Below, piece after piece: positions 1-14,830 of a stretch of DNA of 64,000 bases. Position 1 is the first letter of the stretch. Each line of letters starts with the position of its first letter. The notes under the pieces are model-generated. The model was not told the DNA's origin and made no database searches. It worked only from the letters and a program-made list of their open reading frames with translations. This DNA comes from the human T2T-CHM13v2.0 reference genome, Homo sapiens: assembly GCF_009914755.1 (NCBI RefSeq), contig NC_060925.1; one strand, 5' to 3'. The translations under genes were made by a program, and so were the position numbers.

Positions 1-2419
1 AAGTCTGAATACTGAAGCTCTTGCATATCATTCTTAGCAAGAAGAGTCAGTTAATATGCTAGTTCTCTCTTACCACACAGTTAAAACAAGTTTGGATACA
101 AGACGTAGTAAATTATAAGCAGAGGACAGGTGAGCTATTTGTGTGAACACAGCTGAAGGCCTGGGGGTGGGGGGAATGTTTAACTATGAAAACAGACAAG
201 AACATAAAAGGCCCCTTGGTGGTGCCATTTAGCATGGGGATTAGCAGCCACATAGAGCACAATGGCTCCTGAGCTCAGCCCTGCATTTTATAATTACTGA
301 CATGTGGTGTGATAATCCTAAACCATGAAAGGGAAAAAAAGAGACACTGCCACACACAGACCAACTTAATACTGCCCCAAAGCTGCAAGGAAGGGAATCA
401 AAAAGGACTCCAAGCACTGCAAAGAGTTATTACAAACCTATGCACAGAACCCAAACCCTCACTAACAGACCTACTTGCTGGCTGTCTAACAAAGCAGACT
501 CAGCAGACTAGCAGGTTCTGTAGCCCAGAACCAAGTAAGAGCTAAAAGGAAAGGACAACTAGCTGGAGTATGGGAAAAGCTTGCAGCTTGCACTGTAGAA
601 TCCAACAGACACAACTCGGGGGCTGGCTCCACAACTCACCATCTGGTTGTATAACCTCCCTAAGCCCAAGCATCCTCTTCTGCAAAAACAGTGACCACCA
701 AGCCTCCCTTTCAGGCTGACGACAAGACTGGCAGAACCAAACAAGTGCCTGGCAGGTGGCTGGCCCACAGGAGACACGCAGTCTTCACCACTACGGCTGC
801 TAGTATTGTCATTTGGGGGATGTGAGAGCTGTTAAGAGGCAAGTCGAGCAGTTAGCACTTGACAGTGTTTACTTCCTTCTCTTTCTCCCCACTGTGGTCT
901 TTCCTGCCCTCAAAAAGAACCAAAAAAGGGACAGCTTTATGCCAATCCTCAGAGAAGGTACAAAGTAAAAGTGACTTGGAGCCACATGTGTGATTAACCA
1001 CACATCCCATTTGTCTGTGCCTGCCAAAAAGCCTGGAGCCAAATTTCAAACACAATCATACCAACCACATAAACCCAAATGGCTCGCAAGCTGCACCCTT
1101 CTTTTTCCCTTGGTCCTCATTCTGTATTTCTGCTTACACTGTTGGTATGCCTGTTGCTGGAGGCTCATCCCAAATCCTCTTTTGGAATGAGGCAGAGAAG
1201 CTCATAGGGTTATGAGCTTTTTGACGGGTGAAGTTATTAAACCTGGCCCCTTTCCCATGGTAATGGAGCCTCCTGATCCCCACTCCACCCCTACAGCCAG
1301 GCACTGGCACGCCCATTGCTCCTTTAATGTCAAAACAAATGCATAAATTTAAATGTCCATATCTTTTCTACACATATGTAATGGCTAACTTGGGACTTAT
1401 CCTCAGCAGCTTTTCATAATAAGCAAGCAATTAGATAGGTCAGAAATAGAAAAGACACACCACCACATAAAAGCAGGTCACAAGTAAAAATTAGATGATA
1501 GGAAACAAAATTGTTGCCATTCCAGCAACTAATGAAAGTATGTTACTGTAAACAAGCCTCTAATGGTGCTGTAACCCCTCTCAGGAATCAGGAAACGCCC
1601 TGAGCAATTAAACTCGGGAGTCCGACACAAGGGGGCGGCTGCATTTTACTTCAAAGTCAGAGGGTACTAGGAGCTGGTTTTCATGGGGATGGAAACCATG
1701 ACACTGGTCCTCACTTGCTCTAAAAGATAAATCTGATCTCTCAGCATTGTTTATGCTCTTCTGCTGTCCTCTGTTGCCAGAAAGTCATTTTCCAGTTTCC
1801 TGTTCGCTTCCAAGGCTGTTGTTTCCGAAACCAATGATTACAAATGAGAGGTGTGTTCTCAGATGAAAAATACAATAGGTCTACTCTGACCCGAGGAGAA
1901 CCCAGCAGGGAGGCCGATGACAAAACATTGCTTTGGTACTGAGGGCTTTTTATGTACTGTTGTAACAAGTGTGTTTCTGATACAAATTCTCTGCTGGCCT
2001 ATAAAACTGTTCATCCAACTTAAGCGTTACTGTCTCCCTAAATCTTGTCAACCTGCTGCAGTTACTACTTTTGGGTGTAGGCTCTGTCACCGCCTCTACA
2101 CAGGAAAATTAAAAATCTCTCCCCAGCTGAAGAACTTTAAGGCACCTGGGAGGTAGGAATTTATTAATAGTAAAATATTAGATATGGGGTGATTTATAAT
2201 AGATCTTGATACTGATCTTGCACCAATAACAAGCCAAGGGGAAATGGGGCTGATTTAGTAATTCCCTCACATTTAAGGATGACATCATGAAAACCAACTA
2301 CTCCAGTCTTCAGTCATAGTCAATTACAGCTTGGAGCCAGCACGGTAATTGTTTTGCTAATTTGTAAGTAACGGCACTTATTTCATTTTGAAAAATATTT
2401 GCCTTTAATATTTGGTAGA

Positions 2420-2762
<343 letters not shown>

Positions 2763-2964
2763 CTACTATTACCCTCAAAACAGATCAGCTGTTATTTTTA
2801 GCATAGACCATATCATGACATATCTACAAAAACCAAGTTATCCATTGAAAATAACAAAAAGCATTAGGTGAGTTTAAGTTGAAGGAGTAAGCAATCTTGG
2901 TAAAAGTGAATTGAGCCAACGTAAACTTTATAGACTAATTAGCATGTCAGCAGGTCAAACGGTT

Positions 2965-3820
<856 letters not shown>

Positions 3821-4423
3821 TCAAATGATTTTTAAAAACTGTTTGCATAGCTGCGGGAATGTTCTCCATAGTCATATGTCAAAAGAGTGAGCGATATTTA
3901 ATCCTTATACACACCCATCTTACCAACCACAAACAATCTTTCATTCTCTCGTCCTGACCCTCATTCTGATGTTATCCTCTATGCTCACTTTGTATATGCA
4001 AACTACTCTGAGATCTGCCGTATGTGAGCAACGCAGAGCCAGATGGAATCTCCAAAAATCAGTTATCCCAAAATCTTGTTTTCAAACAGTATTGAACTAC
4101 AACCATCTAATTCTTAAAGGTCCGTCTGTTGTCTATTCTCAGAAACATCTTCAAATCACTGGCCCAAAATCATACATATACTATACTAATATCGAAAGAG
4201 AATAATGTTCAGGTTTTTAAACAAGTTTGAGACTACCCTTTGTAGGCCCTCTTTCTTTTCTTCCTCACTGAACACACTATGTCCCTGATGCCAGCTAATG
4301 TTATGTATCCTCAGTACTGCCAGGTCCTAAAATGAATCCCATTTTGAATAACATAGTAACCAAGTGCAGGAGAGCTCTGCTGTCACTCCTCGAGGTATTT
4401 TTCTCTTGTTTCAGTAGTCTTAC

Positions 4424-4592
4424 TCGAATTTGTTTTCAGAGTCAACAACAGTACTGCACAATTTAACGTCAAGAATTTTCTGCTGTTGCTGCTTCTGTAA
4501 CAGCTTGGACTTTCTTTTCCCTCTGAGTTCCTCTGAGAGAAGCATATATAAAATGAGTAATTGTCGCTGCTAAAGAATTGCTGGAGTCAGCA
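4424..4592 (-). promoter_or_regulatory. Candidate TATA promoter and short first exon
   Basis: Minus strand: MARE-like TGCTGACTCCAGCA (4579-4592), AP-1-like TTACTCA, TATATATG (4550-4543), then ~100 nt ending at donor CGA|GTAAGA (4424). Confidence 0.3.
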
Positions 4593-5189
4593 ACGCTTCA
4601 TAGGAGCTGCATTTCCTCCTCTCCTCCTTTCCCTCTCACCACAAACTCTCCCCCATCAGTTCAGAATTAAAGGCACATTACTGGGATAAAGAAATCTGAC
4701 CTGAAATATGAGTTGCAGCAACAATGGCAAGCAACCAAGAGTATTAACAATAATTTCCAATGTTGCTGGAAAGGTTAGATGATCTGTCTTTGAAATGAGC
4801 CAACTCTGCACACGTTCATGAGATTAAAATCAGCTTGCTTTTCCTTAACATCTCGTGCTTCTCCTCTTCCTACCACCCCAAAAGGATGGGGTGGCTGAGG
4901 CACATAAACAAGTGGCTCTGGAAATTAACTTTCTTGACCAGAAGAAAGCTCAAAGATAAATTCCATTCTGCATTACTTTTCCTATACTTCACTATGATCA
5001 GGATTTTTTGTGGTTTCTCTCTCCCTGGAGAGCGAATACCTGAGTGATAACATTTCTGACACACAGAAGCTTAAAAACAGAATACTCTGTGTTATCTTGT
5101 TGGGAAATCTGTACTCTTAAATGATGACCATTCACCCACAATCTAGGCCATTTTTGAGCCACAGGAAAGAGGACGCCATTTCTCTCTGA

Positions 5190-5330
5190 AGATGATGACC
5201 TTGCGCAAATAAGTTTTCTGCACCTGTTTTGTCACCTGTAAAATGAGTATAATTGTAGGATTCATGGAGTTACTGTATGAGTGCTTCGAACAGTGTTTGG
5301 CAGAGTAAATGCTGAGTAACTATGAGCATA
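5190..5330 (+). mobile_element. MIR
   Basis: TGACCTTG..CAA..CTGTAAAATGAG..AACAGTGTTTGGCAGAGTAAATGCT core. Confidence 0.6.
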
Positions 5331-5616
5331 TATCTTTATCATCACCATCTCCGCTAATGTCACCGCCACCTTTGGGAAGCTGCCTAGATAGTGATAAGGA
5401 GCTATGCTCAGGGATTTTCAGGCAAGTACAAAGTACCGCCATCTTTATTCCAGAGTGTTCCCATTTCCCCTCACTCATCCTGCAGAAGCAATAAGTTCAT
5501 ATGACAAAGTAAAGAAAGAAGACAGAGGACACAGGAGGAAATGGGAAAGACATTTCACAACAACAGAGAAAACGGTACCTTATTTGGTTTCTCACAATCA
5601 TGTTTAAAAGATGAAA

Positions 5617-5936
<320 letters not shown>

Positions 5937-7269
5937 TGAAATTCTTATGAACGTTTTTTTCCAATACGGAGGGCCAGGAAATGGGGAGAGCCAACCAATC
6001 TCTAGACAGAGAAATCCTAAAGTTGCCCAATCCAGACAGCAGCTGGTATTTTAAATCTGTTCTCTTATGTTCATACATGAGCTTCTTTTGTTGAACCCCA
6101 GAAGAGAAGAAAAGGACTTCTGTCCAGAAAATCATCTCTGCAGACTCAGTGGCAGTGGGCTGAGAGCTGACACCTGCACCTACCTCTCTCTGTAGCTGGC
6201 CAGGCCCCTGGCCTGCAGTGCGGAGATTCAGGACATGCACCTCCTGTGGCAGCCCAGTTGTGCCTCTGCTGGCACAGCCTGACAAAACAGTGAAGCTCTC
6301 CATCAAGGCCTGGACAGGATGGGAGGCACTGACAGGTGACAGTTCACACAGTGCACCAGGCTCTGGACCTGCCAAGGGAATCACAAACACAAGCCACTCA
6401 GAAACAGCAATTAATTCTGCCCCAAAGGGGCAAGGGTGATCAAACCACTGCCAACCCACCAGAGATGCCTTTCCAGGTAAACTGTTCCAAGACTAAGTGG
6501 CCAAAAAGCTAGCCTATCTTCTAAAATCCCAATCTCTTAAATTTCTTTTGGATAATTTGGTATGTATTTGATTTTTTAAATTCCCTTTTGGACTCACAAG
6601 TCATGAATGCATTCCTCTGGGTAGAAGACACTTCCCATTTAACATTTGTGTTTAATTCCTTCTTCCCTCTTGGTAGAAAATCAGAGATAAAATAAATTGC
6701 TTAAAGTCCCAATAATACTATACATAAATAATATTAAATACCTAAAATTGCACTTAACAAAAGTATAAGATACAGATCCTATCTTTTCAGAGCTTCCCTT
6801 TATTAGGGAAAGCAAAACAAACTTAAGAACAATACAGAGCAAGATGTAACATGTAGAGGCGATCAGGGCCAGAGCTGTACAGCAAAATTTGGGCCAGAGG
6901 TCAGAAAAATCCTCCCAAAAGAAGTAGGATCTGAGCAGAGCCTCAAATAGAAAAAGTAGAGTGCTGGTCATACTTGGTTCCTGCTTCTTCATTCCCTCTT
7001 CCTCTAATCAGTCAAGCCTTAAATCCTAAATCCATCCACTCCTCTCCATCTCTACTTCTTTACCAACCCTAGACAATTACAAACCTTCCTGAACGGAGTC
7101 TGAGGACTCAAGCTCTGCATGCCACCTTCCACACAGGCACTGTCCACCTAACCTAGAGGCACTCAATGTTACGGGTGTTCCCAAAGCAAATGCCTGCCGT
7201 TGGCATCTCTGTGGGAAGTTCCTGTCCCTTCAGAATAGCTGCCCTACCAAATAAAGCCTGAGCTCCACC

Positions 7270-7677
7270 ACAGAGCACAGGAGGCCCTTCTTGATCTAGC
7301 CCCTTCCTATGTCTCATCCCTCCCCACTCCACGTCAACTTATTTAAAGGTCTCCAGACACACCAGGATGTTTCCCAACTCCATGTCCTCATTCAAGCCTG
7401 CTTCCTTTACCCAAATTCCTCTTCCACTCTCACTCCGCCCCCACAACAAACATCTCAAGCTGAGGAAGGCTCTCTTTCTCTGCCCTCCCGCAATCCATCT
7501 GCCTGTCTCCACTACTGCATTTACATGATAGCCACTGGTGTACACATCCATCTTTATTGGTCGAATGTGACCTCTCTGAGGGCTGTGGGTACTCATCTTT
7601 GTATCCTCAGCATTCATCTGCAGTGCCTGGCATATATGAGATGCTCAAAAAACGTTTGTTAAATGTATAAATGAATC
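7270..7677 (+). mobile_element. L2 3' fragment
   Basis: CTCTCTGAGGGC..TCATCTTTGTATCCTCAGCA..CAGTGCCTGGCATATA..GCTCAAAAAACGTTTGTTAAATG..AATGAAT. Confidence 0.7.
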
Positions 7678-8918
7678 ATTGAGCTTAAAAAAAATTGCCC
7701 CCTCTCAGATCAGTGAGTAGGGCACCATTCCAGGGACTTGGATTTGGCTGTAGGGAATAAGGGAAATAGGCTGCTACAGCCCTGACATCACTGCAGCCTC
7801 CTTTCACATTGGCTGGATTGATAGAGACATACCCAGGGGAAGAAGGAACTGGATGCTTACTCCTCACACACTTCTGTGAGCTTGGTGCTATTGTCTCCAT
7901 TCAATCACCCAGGAAACTGGGCTGAAACAGTGCCCACTACACCACAACCTCCCAGATAGAACCCACGAAAAAGGCCTGAATGTACTCCAGTTTGTTCTTC
8001 CTGACTTCTAAATAATAAAGGTACCCTCCAGGGTTGCAAACAAAGTTCAGAACCAGCCAGTCTGCACCCAGAAGCAGACACCCTGCCTGGTGGGCCAAGT
8101 CTATTTCAGGACTTACAGAAATTATCTAGGCTGATAATAGCTATCTGGTCTGAAATGAAGTATGTGCCTTCTCAAATAGTCACTGCCACTCTCTGGACTG
8201 TGGCCAGCTGCTTTCTGAGAAAGCATAAGGTGGTGAAGGAAGATGTCCCGAGAGCAACAACAGGAGGTACTGACTGTAAATTCCCTGGAGCCCCTGGCGG
8301 GGTGCGGGGAAACCATATGGGCAGGTGCTCCCTCTGCTGCCCTCATCCTGCCCTCCTGGCCTCCGGCTTTCCCAGCCGCAGTGGGATGTCTGGTATACTT
8401 CACACCCAGAGCTTCAAGAAATTATCCTACTCCTACTCAATTCTGGGGACACACACTGGCTACAGCTACCCACACTGGGAAACCCTTCTGAACTGGTTGC
8501 AGAGCCTCCTGCCATGAATTTACAATTATCACAAATTAAGCACAAATAAAAATGCCTTTCAGTTCCATTCTTGTATGTGTGCAAAGCTCTGAACAGGCTG
8601 AAAACACATCTGCAAAAAGGCCTGCAATCTATTTGATCTGCCCTCCTCTGCATGATGCCACCATCACCCATTAAGATCTTCCTTAAATCACCATACTGCT
8701 CACCTCCACACTGGGGCAGGGGCAAAAACTCAATGGAAACAAATCAAATAATAAGGTACTCCCAAAGAGGGAGGGAACTAGTGCCAGGAAGCCTTCAGTG
8801 CTGAAGATGTGCACTTCTTGCCTTAGAGTCTATGCTCTCTGTTTTGCCAGAGTCCAGAACAGGGCAAACACCCTCTTTAAGGGCTAGAGCTCTAGCCACG
8901 GGTTGGTTATATGAGTCA

Positions 8919-9425
<507 letters not shown>

Positions 9426-9699
9426 ACAGAGACTTACTTGGCTTGACGTTTAAATACACTCAACAGTGTGTTCCTGACCATCTGACACAATAGAGTAGTA
9501 TTTGGTTTTCGAAGTTCCTCATAGAATTTTTTTCCCTCCAAGATTGAAAAAGAAAAAAAGCTACAACATATGATTAAACTATCCTTACACCAAAAAGACA
9601 AAAAAAAAAAATCAGGAATTATCTACCACCATCCCCAGGGTCATATAAGAAATGGTATCTTTAACAGTTCAGCATACAACGTAATAAGAGACACTGCTC

Positions 9700-10037
<338 letters not shown>

Positions 10038-10434
10038 CTATGCAATGCTAGGTGCTGCATATCCTTCTGACACATTGCAAGGAAGCAGCACTAACCCCAT
10101 TTTAAAGAAAGCAAAGTAAGCTCAATGTGCTTAAGTAACTGTTTCAAGGTTGCCCCAGTCACCCAAAGCTTCAGACTTGGCCCTCCTTGCGGCTCTCTCT
10201 CTCAGGAGGCAGGGTCCTGAAGTGCCCGGCCTTGCAGTAATCAGGGCAAGAGAGATGATGGTGCCCGTGGAGATGGAGAGAAGGGGACAGAGTTAAGTGG
10301 CCAGGGAGAGAATCCACTGGGTGAGGAGAGGGAAAGGGTGACCAAGCATTGTACGGTGAACATCCAGCCCAATGCCTGGGCTACTGTGCCAACACTTTCT
10401 GTGAAAATAAAAAAGTGGTCATAGATTTAGGGGT

Positions 10435-10860
10435 GAGATCTACCGTTTTGTAACTTACTTTGAAATACCTCCCAAAAAATAAGATGGATTGACAGATGGA
10501 GAGATATTTGATAAAGCAACTATTGCAAAATGCTAATTGTGGAATCTAAATGTTCCCTGTACAATGGTTTCAACATCTCTACATGTTGAAACTTTTCATT
10601 AAAGAAAAGTTGGGAGAGGGAGGCAATGCTTATAAAAAAAATTAAGCCCAGAAATGCCTTAAGAAACCTTCCTCAAAAAGTGTGCCAGCATCACACTGCT
10701 GCTGAGAGAGCAAATTGGTATAATTTTTCAGTGGTATCCAAGGCCCCACAAAAGGTACACATCCTTTGACCCAGCAACTTCCCGCTAGGAATTTTATCCT
10801 GAAAAACATAACTGGATAAGTTTGCAAGGGGTACAGAATGTACAAGTGAAAAAAATTAAG
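10435..10860 (+). mobile_element. L1ME-type fragments
   Basis: AACTTACTTTGAAAT..AAAAAATAAGATGGATTGA..GATAAAGCAA..; CCTTTGACCCAGCAACTTCCCGCTAGGAATTTATCCT. Confidence 0.6.
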
Positions 10861-11251
10861 ACTTAAGGGAGGGGACAAAAAGTCCCTGTGAAAACACCCA
10901 GGCTAAAGGACGTAGGTTAAACTCTAAGTATGGGGTAGAGTAGTCCTCTCCTAAGAGAACAGACACAGTGTAGGAATCAGGGGAGAGGGTTTCCTTTGGG
11001 TAAAAAACAAGCCTCTCTGGCCAAGAAAGGAAAGAGGCAGTGTGATTGTATGAAGTTTTCCTTTGAATATCTTGGAGAGACGCTCTTCTGCCACCAGCTG
11101 TTCCATCGCCGCCTTCCAGGTAAAATGCCTGCCAGGCCTTCCTGGAGTGCACTATCCTTTTTCCATAGATTTTCTCAAACACATCCATGGGTTCAACTCT
11201 CATCTCTTTACAGAAATGACTCCAGGCCATCTCAGACTTACTTATTTCTCC

Positions 11252-11557
11252 TTTTTTTTCTTTTTCTTTTTTTTTTTGAGACAGTCTCGCTCTGTCGTCC
11301 AGGCGAGAGGGCAGTGACGCGCTCTCAGCTCACTGCAGCCTCCACTCCCCAGGTTCAAGCGATTCTCGTGCCTCAGCCTCCCAGGTAGCTAGGATTACAG
11401 GCGCCCGCCATCACACCCAGCTAATTTTTGTATTTTCAATAGAGATGGGGTTTCATCATATTGGCCAGGCTGGTCTCGAACTCCTGGCCTCATGTGATCC
11501 ACCTGCGTTGGCCTCCTGAAGTGCTGGGATTACAGGCGTGAGCCACCATGCCTGGCC
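11252..11557 (-). mobile_element. Alu (S family)
   Basis: Full dimer, reverse. Confidence 0.96.
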
Positions 11558-11559
11558 CA

Positions 11560-12950
11560 TACTTCTTTTTCTAAGCTCCAGGCCTGAATATTCAACAGCT
11601 CCTTCACCATCTACTTTTGTCTCATGGACACCCAATCTCAACATGCAGAACTCAGGATCTTTACCCCTCGTGCCTGTTGTTCCTCCTTCATTCCCTCCCT
11701 AAGTAAATGGCACCAGCCTCTTCCTACGTACACCTGGCACCAACCTGGGGGAGGTGCCCCAACATCACCCCTTCCCTCTCCTCACCCAATGGATTCTCTC
11801 TCTGGCCACTCAACTCTGACCCCTCCTCTCCATCTCCATGGGCACCATCGTCTCTCGTTCCCTGATTACTGCAAGATGCTCTTAATTCTTATCTCCACCA
11901 AAATGTCTTCTATAGAGCAGCCAAACTGATCTGAAAAACCCAAGTCTGATCCTGCTTTTCTCTGCTTTAAAAGACTTATCACTCCATCTCTGCTGTCCAG
12001 ATGAAGCCCCAAAACCTCAACGTGACTTACAAGGCCCTCCAAGATCTGGCCCTGCTTCCTGCCACGGCCCCGTCTCTCATTCCTCGGACACTTGCTCCCG
12101 TGTTTTGGCCATTCTGGTGAAGCACAGAAGTGCTCACTGTCTCCCTATAGCCATCATTCTCCTTTCTTCAAGTGCCAGCTGGACACACAGCCACCCAGAA
12201 CGAAAGCTATGTTTCCCAATCCCGCTAGCAGCTGGCAGCTTCCTGTATGAAGGGAAGGAGGTCAGTTCTTCTGCCATTTCCTTCTGACTGCTGGTTGGAA
12301 CGTGGATGTAACAGGCAGCACTAGAGCAAGCCTTTGGGGCCATGAGACAGAAGCAGCATGCTGAGGAGGGCACAGCAACTGAGAAGCCACCTGGGTACTT
12401 GATGAACATGGAGCCACGGGATCAGCTCTGAACTGCTTTTTTTTTTTTAATAGGAAACAAATGTAAACTCTTTTTTTTATATAAGCCAATGTTATTTTGG
12501 GTTTTCTGACATTTGTAGCTTAACCTACCCTAATTAATGTACTTGCCTTCTTTTATTTCATCAGAAGTGCCAACCTTTGTCCCAAAGGAGCCTCTGAATA
12601 GCAAGGTTTCCTCCAGGAACACATTCCCCACCGTTTCTGTTCCTTCCCACCACCATGGCCTGACAAACTCCTGCTCATTCTACTGATCTCTCAAGGAAGC
12701 TCCCCAAACCTCCCTCACTGTGTTAGATCTGTATTTTTTCATACTCTCATGGTACTCTCCGTTTCTCTCCACAGCACTTCCTGTGATGAGATGTACATAA
12801 TTATTTGTGCAATTATTGGTTTCACATCTACATGCTCCCAAAGACTGCAAACACCACGAAAGAACAGAACCCAACCACTCTGTCTGCTGCTGCCTGCCTC
12901 ACCCCAGCACAGTATCTGGCACAAAACAGACACTCAATTATCGCTGAGAA
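11560..12950 (+). mobile_element. L2 fragments, interrupted by MLT1
   Basis: CTCAACATG..AACTC..AAATGGCACCA..GATTACTGCAA..CAGCCA..AAGTCTGATC..CAAGGCCCTCCAAGATCTGGCCCTGC..CCCCAGCACAGTATCTGGCACA. Confidence 0.7.
12150..12538 (+). mobile_element. Old MLT1 (MLT1J/K-like) LTR fragment inserted in L2
   Basis: GGAACGTGGATGT..CCATGAG..CATGCTGAGGA..CCTGGGTACTTGATGA..TAAGCCAATGTTATTTTGGGTTTTCTG..TTGTAGCTTAAC. Confidence 0.6.
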
Positions 12951-14659
12951 ATGGGGAAGAACCATGGGGTGATGCATGCTGCATGGGCTTTGTGCCAATA
13001 AGGGACTGTCTGTCTCAGACTTCCTGCTTTCACTCTTTACCTGAGAGCCAAAGCCTCACTCTTATACTAAAAGGGGCAGAAAAAAAAAACACCAACCATG
13101 AAATGAAGGAGGTGGCATTTTTGGTTGCTAAGAATCAAGTCCCAGTTGGGGCTTCCCCACCTTCAACTGTCACAGAAAGCAGGAAACACAAATCTGTTTT
13201 TGTCTTCTCTTCCCGGACACTCTTCTGGCCAATCCCCTCTCTCCAGGTGGCAGGACAATCCTCTATCTCTCCGTTGGCACACCACAGCCCCAGCCTCATC
13301 CTGCCACTTCTGGGTCAGGCCCTAGCCTTCCTGTCCCTTTCCCTCTGCCACAGCCAGCTCATGAACCTGTCTCCCATCCTTCCCCCTTGGCCTCATAGTG
13401 GTTCCTTCCGCAATCTGTCTGCACAATGCCAGGGCCAGCTCCATTCAGGAAGGCTTCCACCTGGGAACAGCATGATCCACCCCACAGGCTCTAGCACAAG
13501 TGCCTGAGTTAACACAGTGGCTCAGATTCTCACTTGACCACCATGGGGCCCGAGTATAGCACCTCCCAGCCACGAAGGCTTGGAAACCAGGAAAACATGC
13601 TCCGAAACCCCATCTGACTCATCTGCTCACTTTTGTGGTGACCTGTGAGCTCTGGAGCTGCTACTGTAGGCCCTCACCGGCAGCCTCAAAAGGCTGGGAG
13701 TGTCTCCTGTGGCCACGGCTGAAAACCCACATCCCGTCTTCCCTACGCAATCTCTTCCCTGCAGTCAAGAGCCAAGTGAGTGACATGCTCTGATGATGCT
13801 CCTTATCAGCAGCACAGCAAAAGCTGTGTTACCACGTAAGGATCAACCAGGGCGTGGACGATGACGAAAGAACACACCTGAAAGCAACAATGCTCATAAG
13901 CACACACGCGTGCTCACTTCACACCATACTCTATCATGAAAAGGCATGTTGCAGATACTTCATCCAAAGCCTCACAGAAACTCTATAACCCACTATAAGT
14001 AAACTGTTGTGAGCCACACAGAGGTAGAATGTGTATTTCAGAAAAGTGCTTCCTGGCAGTAATGTCCATATGGATTCACCTCCAGAGACAATCCTCACTG
14101 GTGCCTCCCAATCTGGATATTTCAGTTCATTCTGGGCATCTGGTATGTGACGAGTACAAGATTCCTTAAGGGTAGCTCCCAAAGAAATCTAACTTTTCCT
14201 TGGACTCAAAGTGTGAGCTGAGTTTAATCCTCCCCTGCTGGCTTACTCGAGAAATCTGATCTCAAAATCTTGCCGGGTGTCGTGTCTTGTTTGAACTGAA
14301 GTCAGGCTCTGCTCTTCTGTTTGGTACACTCTCCTCGGCCACCAGCACAGAGGCACAGCCCCCTTCACCCACAAGATGCTACTTCTACTGACAAAAATAT
14401 TTACTGACCTGAAGACAGCACAAATTCAAATAAACTCTGGTGAGAAACTCCCCAGGTGGCCCAGACCACGGCCACACTGCCAAGGCCACTGCCAAACCAG
14501 CCTCCTTCACAAAGCAGGCCCCCACCGCTCGGGTGCTCAGCAGCTGGGCCACCTGAGGCCACACTGTGAAGCACATGGTGGCTCCCTGGGCCGCTGCCTT
14601 GTGTGAGAAGCTGGGGGTTAACTCTTCATATGTATGGTTACCACACCACTAGGGGCCAC

Positions 14660-14830
14660 ACATCTTGTACATGTTTCTGATTCTCACAATACCACTGTGA
14701 AGACAGTGTTAATGCCCTCATTTTAGAGTGATGGGAAACTGGAGCTCATGAGAGGCTAAGAAACACATCAGCAGGAAGTGGCAATAGGGGATTTGAACCT
14801 GGGTCTCTGAGACTCCAGCTCCAGACTTTT
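14660..14830 (-). mobile_element. MIR
   Basis: TTCTCACAA..CATTTTAGAG..GGGAAACTGGAGCTCA..GAGAGGCTAAG..GGATTTGAACCTGGGTCTCTGAGACTCCAG. Confidence 0.75.

Noticed and set aside
12749-13507. Longest ORF (252 aa)
   Set aside because: Starts inside an L2 remnant, Ser/Leu/Pro-rich with no recognisable domain; consistent with a chance open frame.
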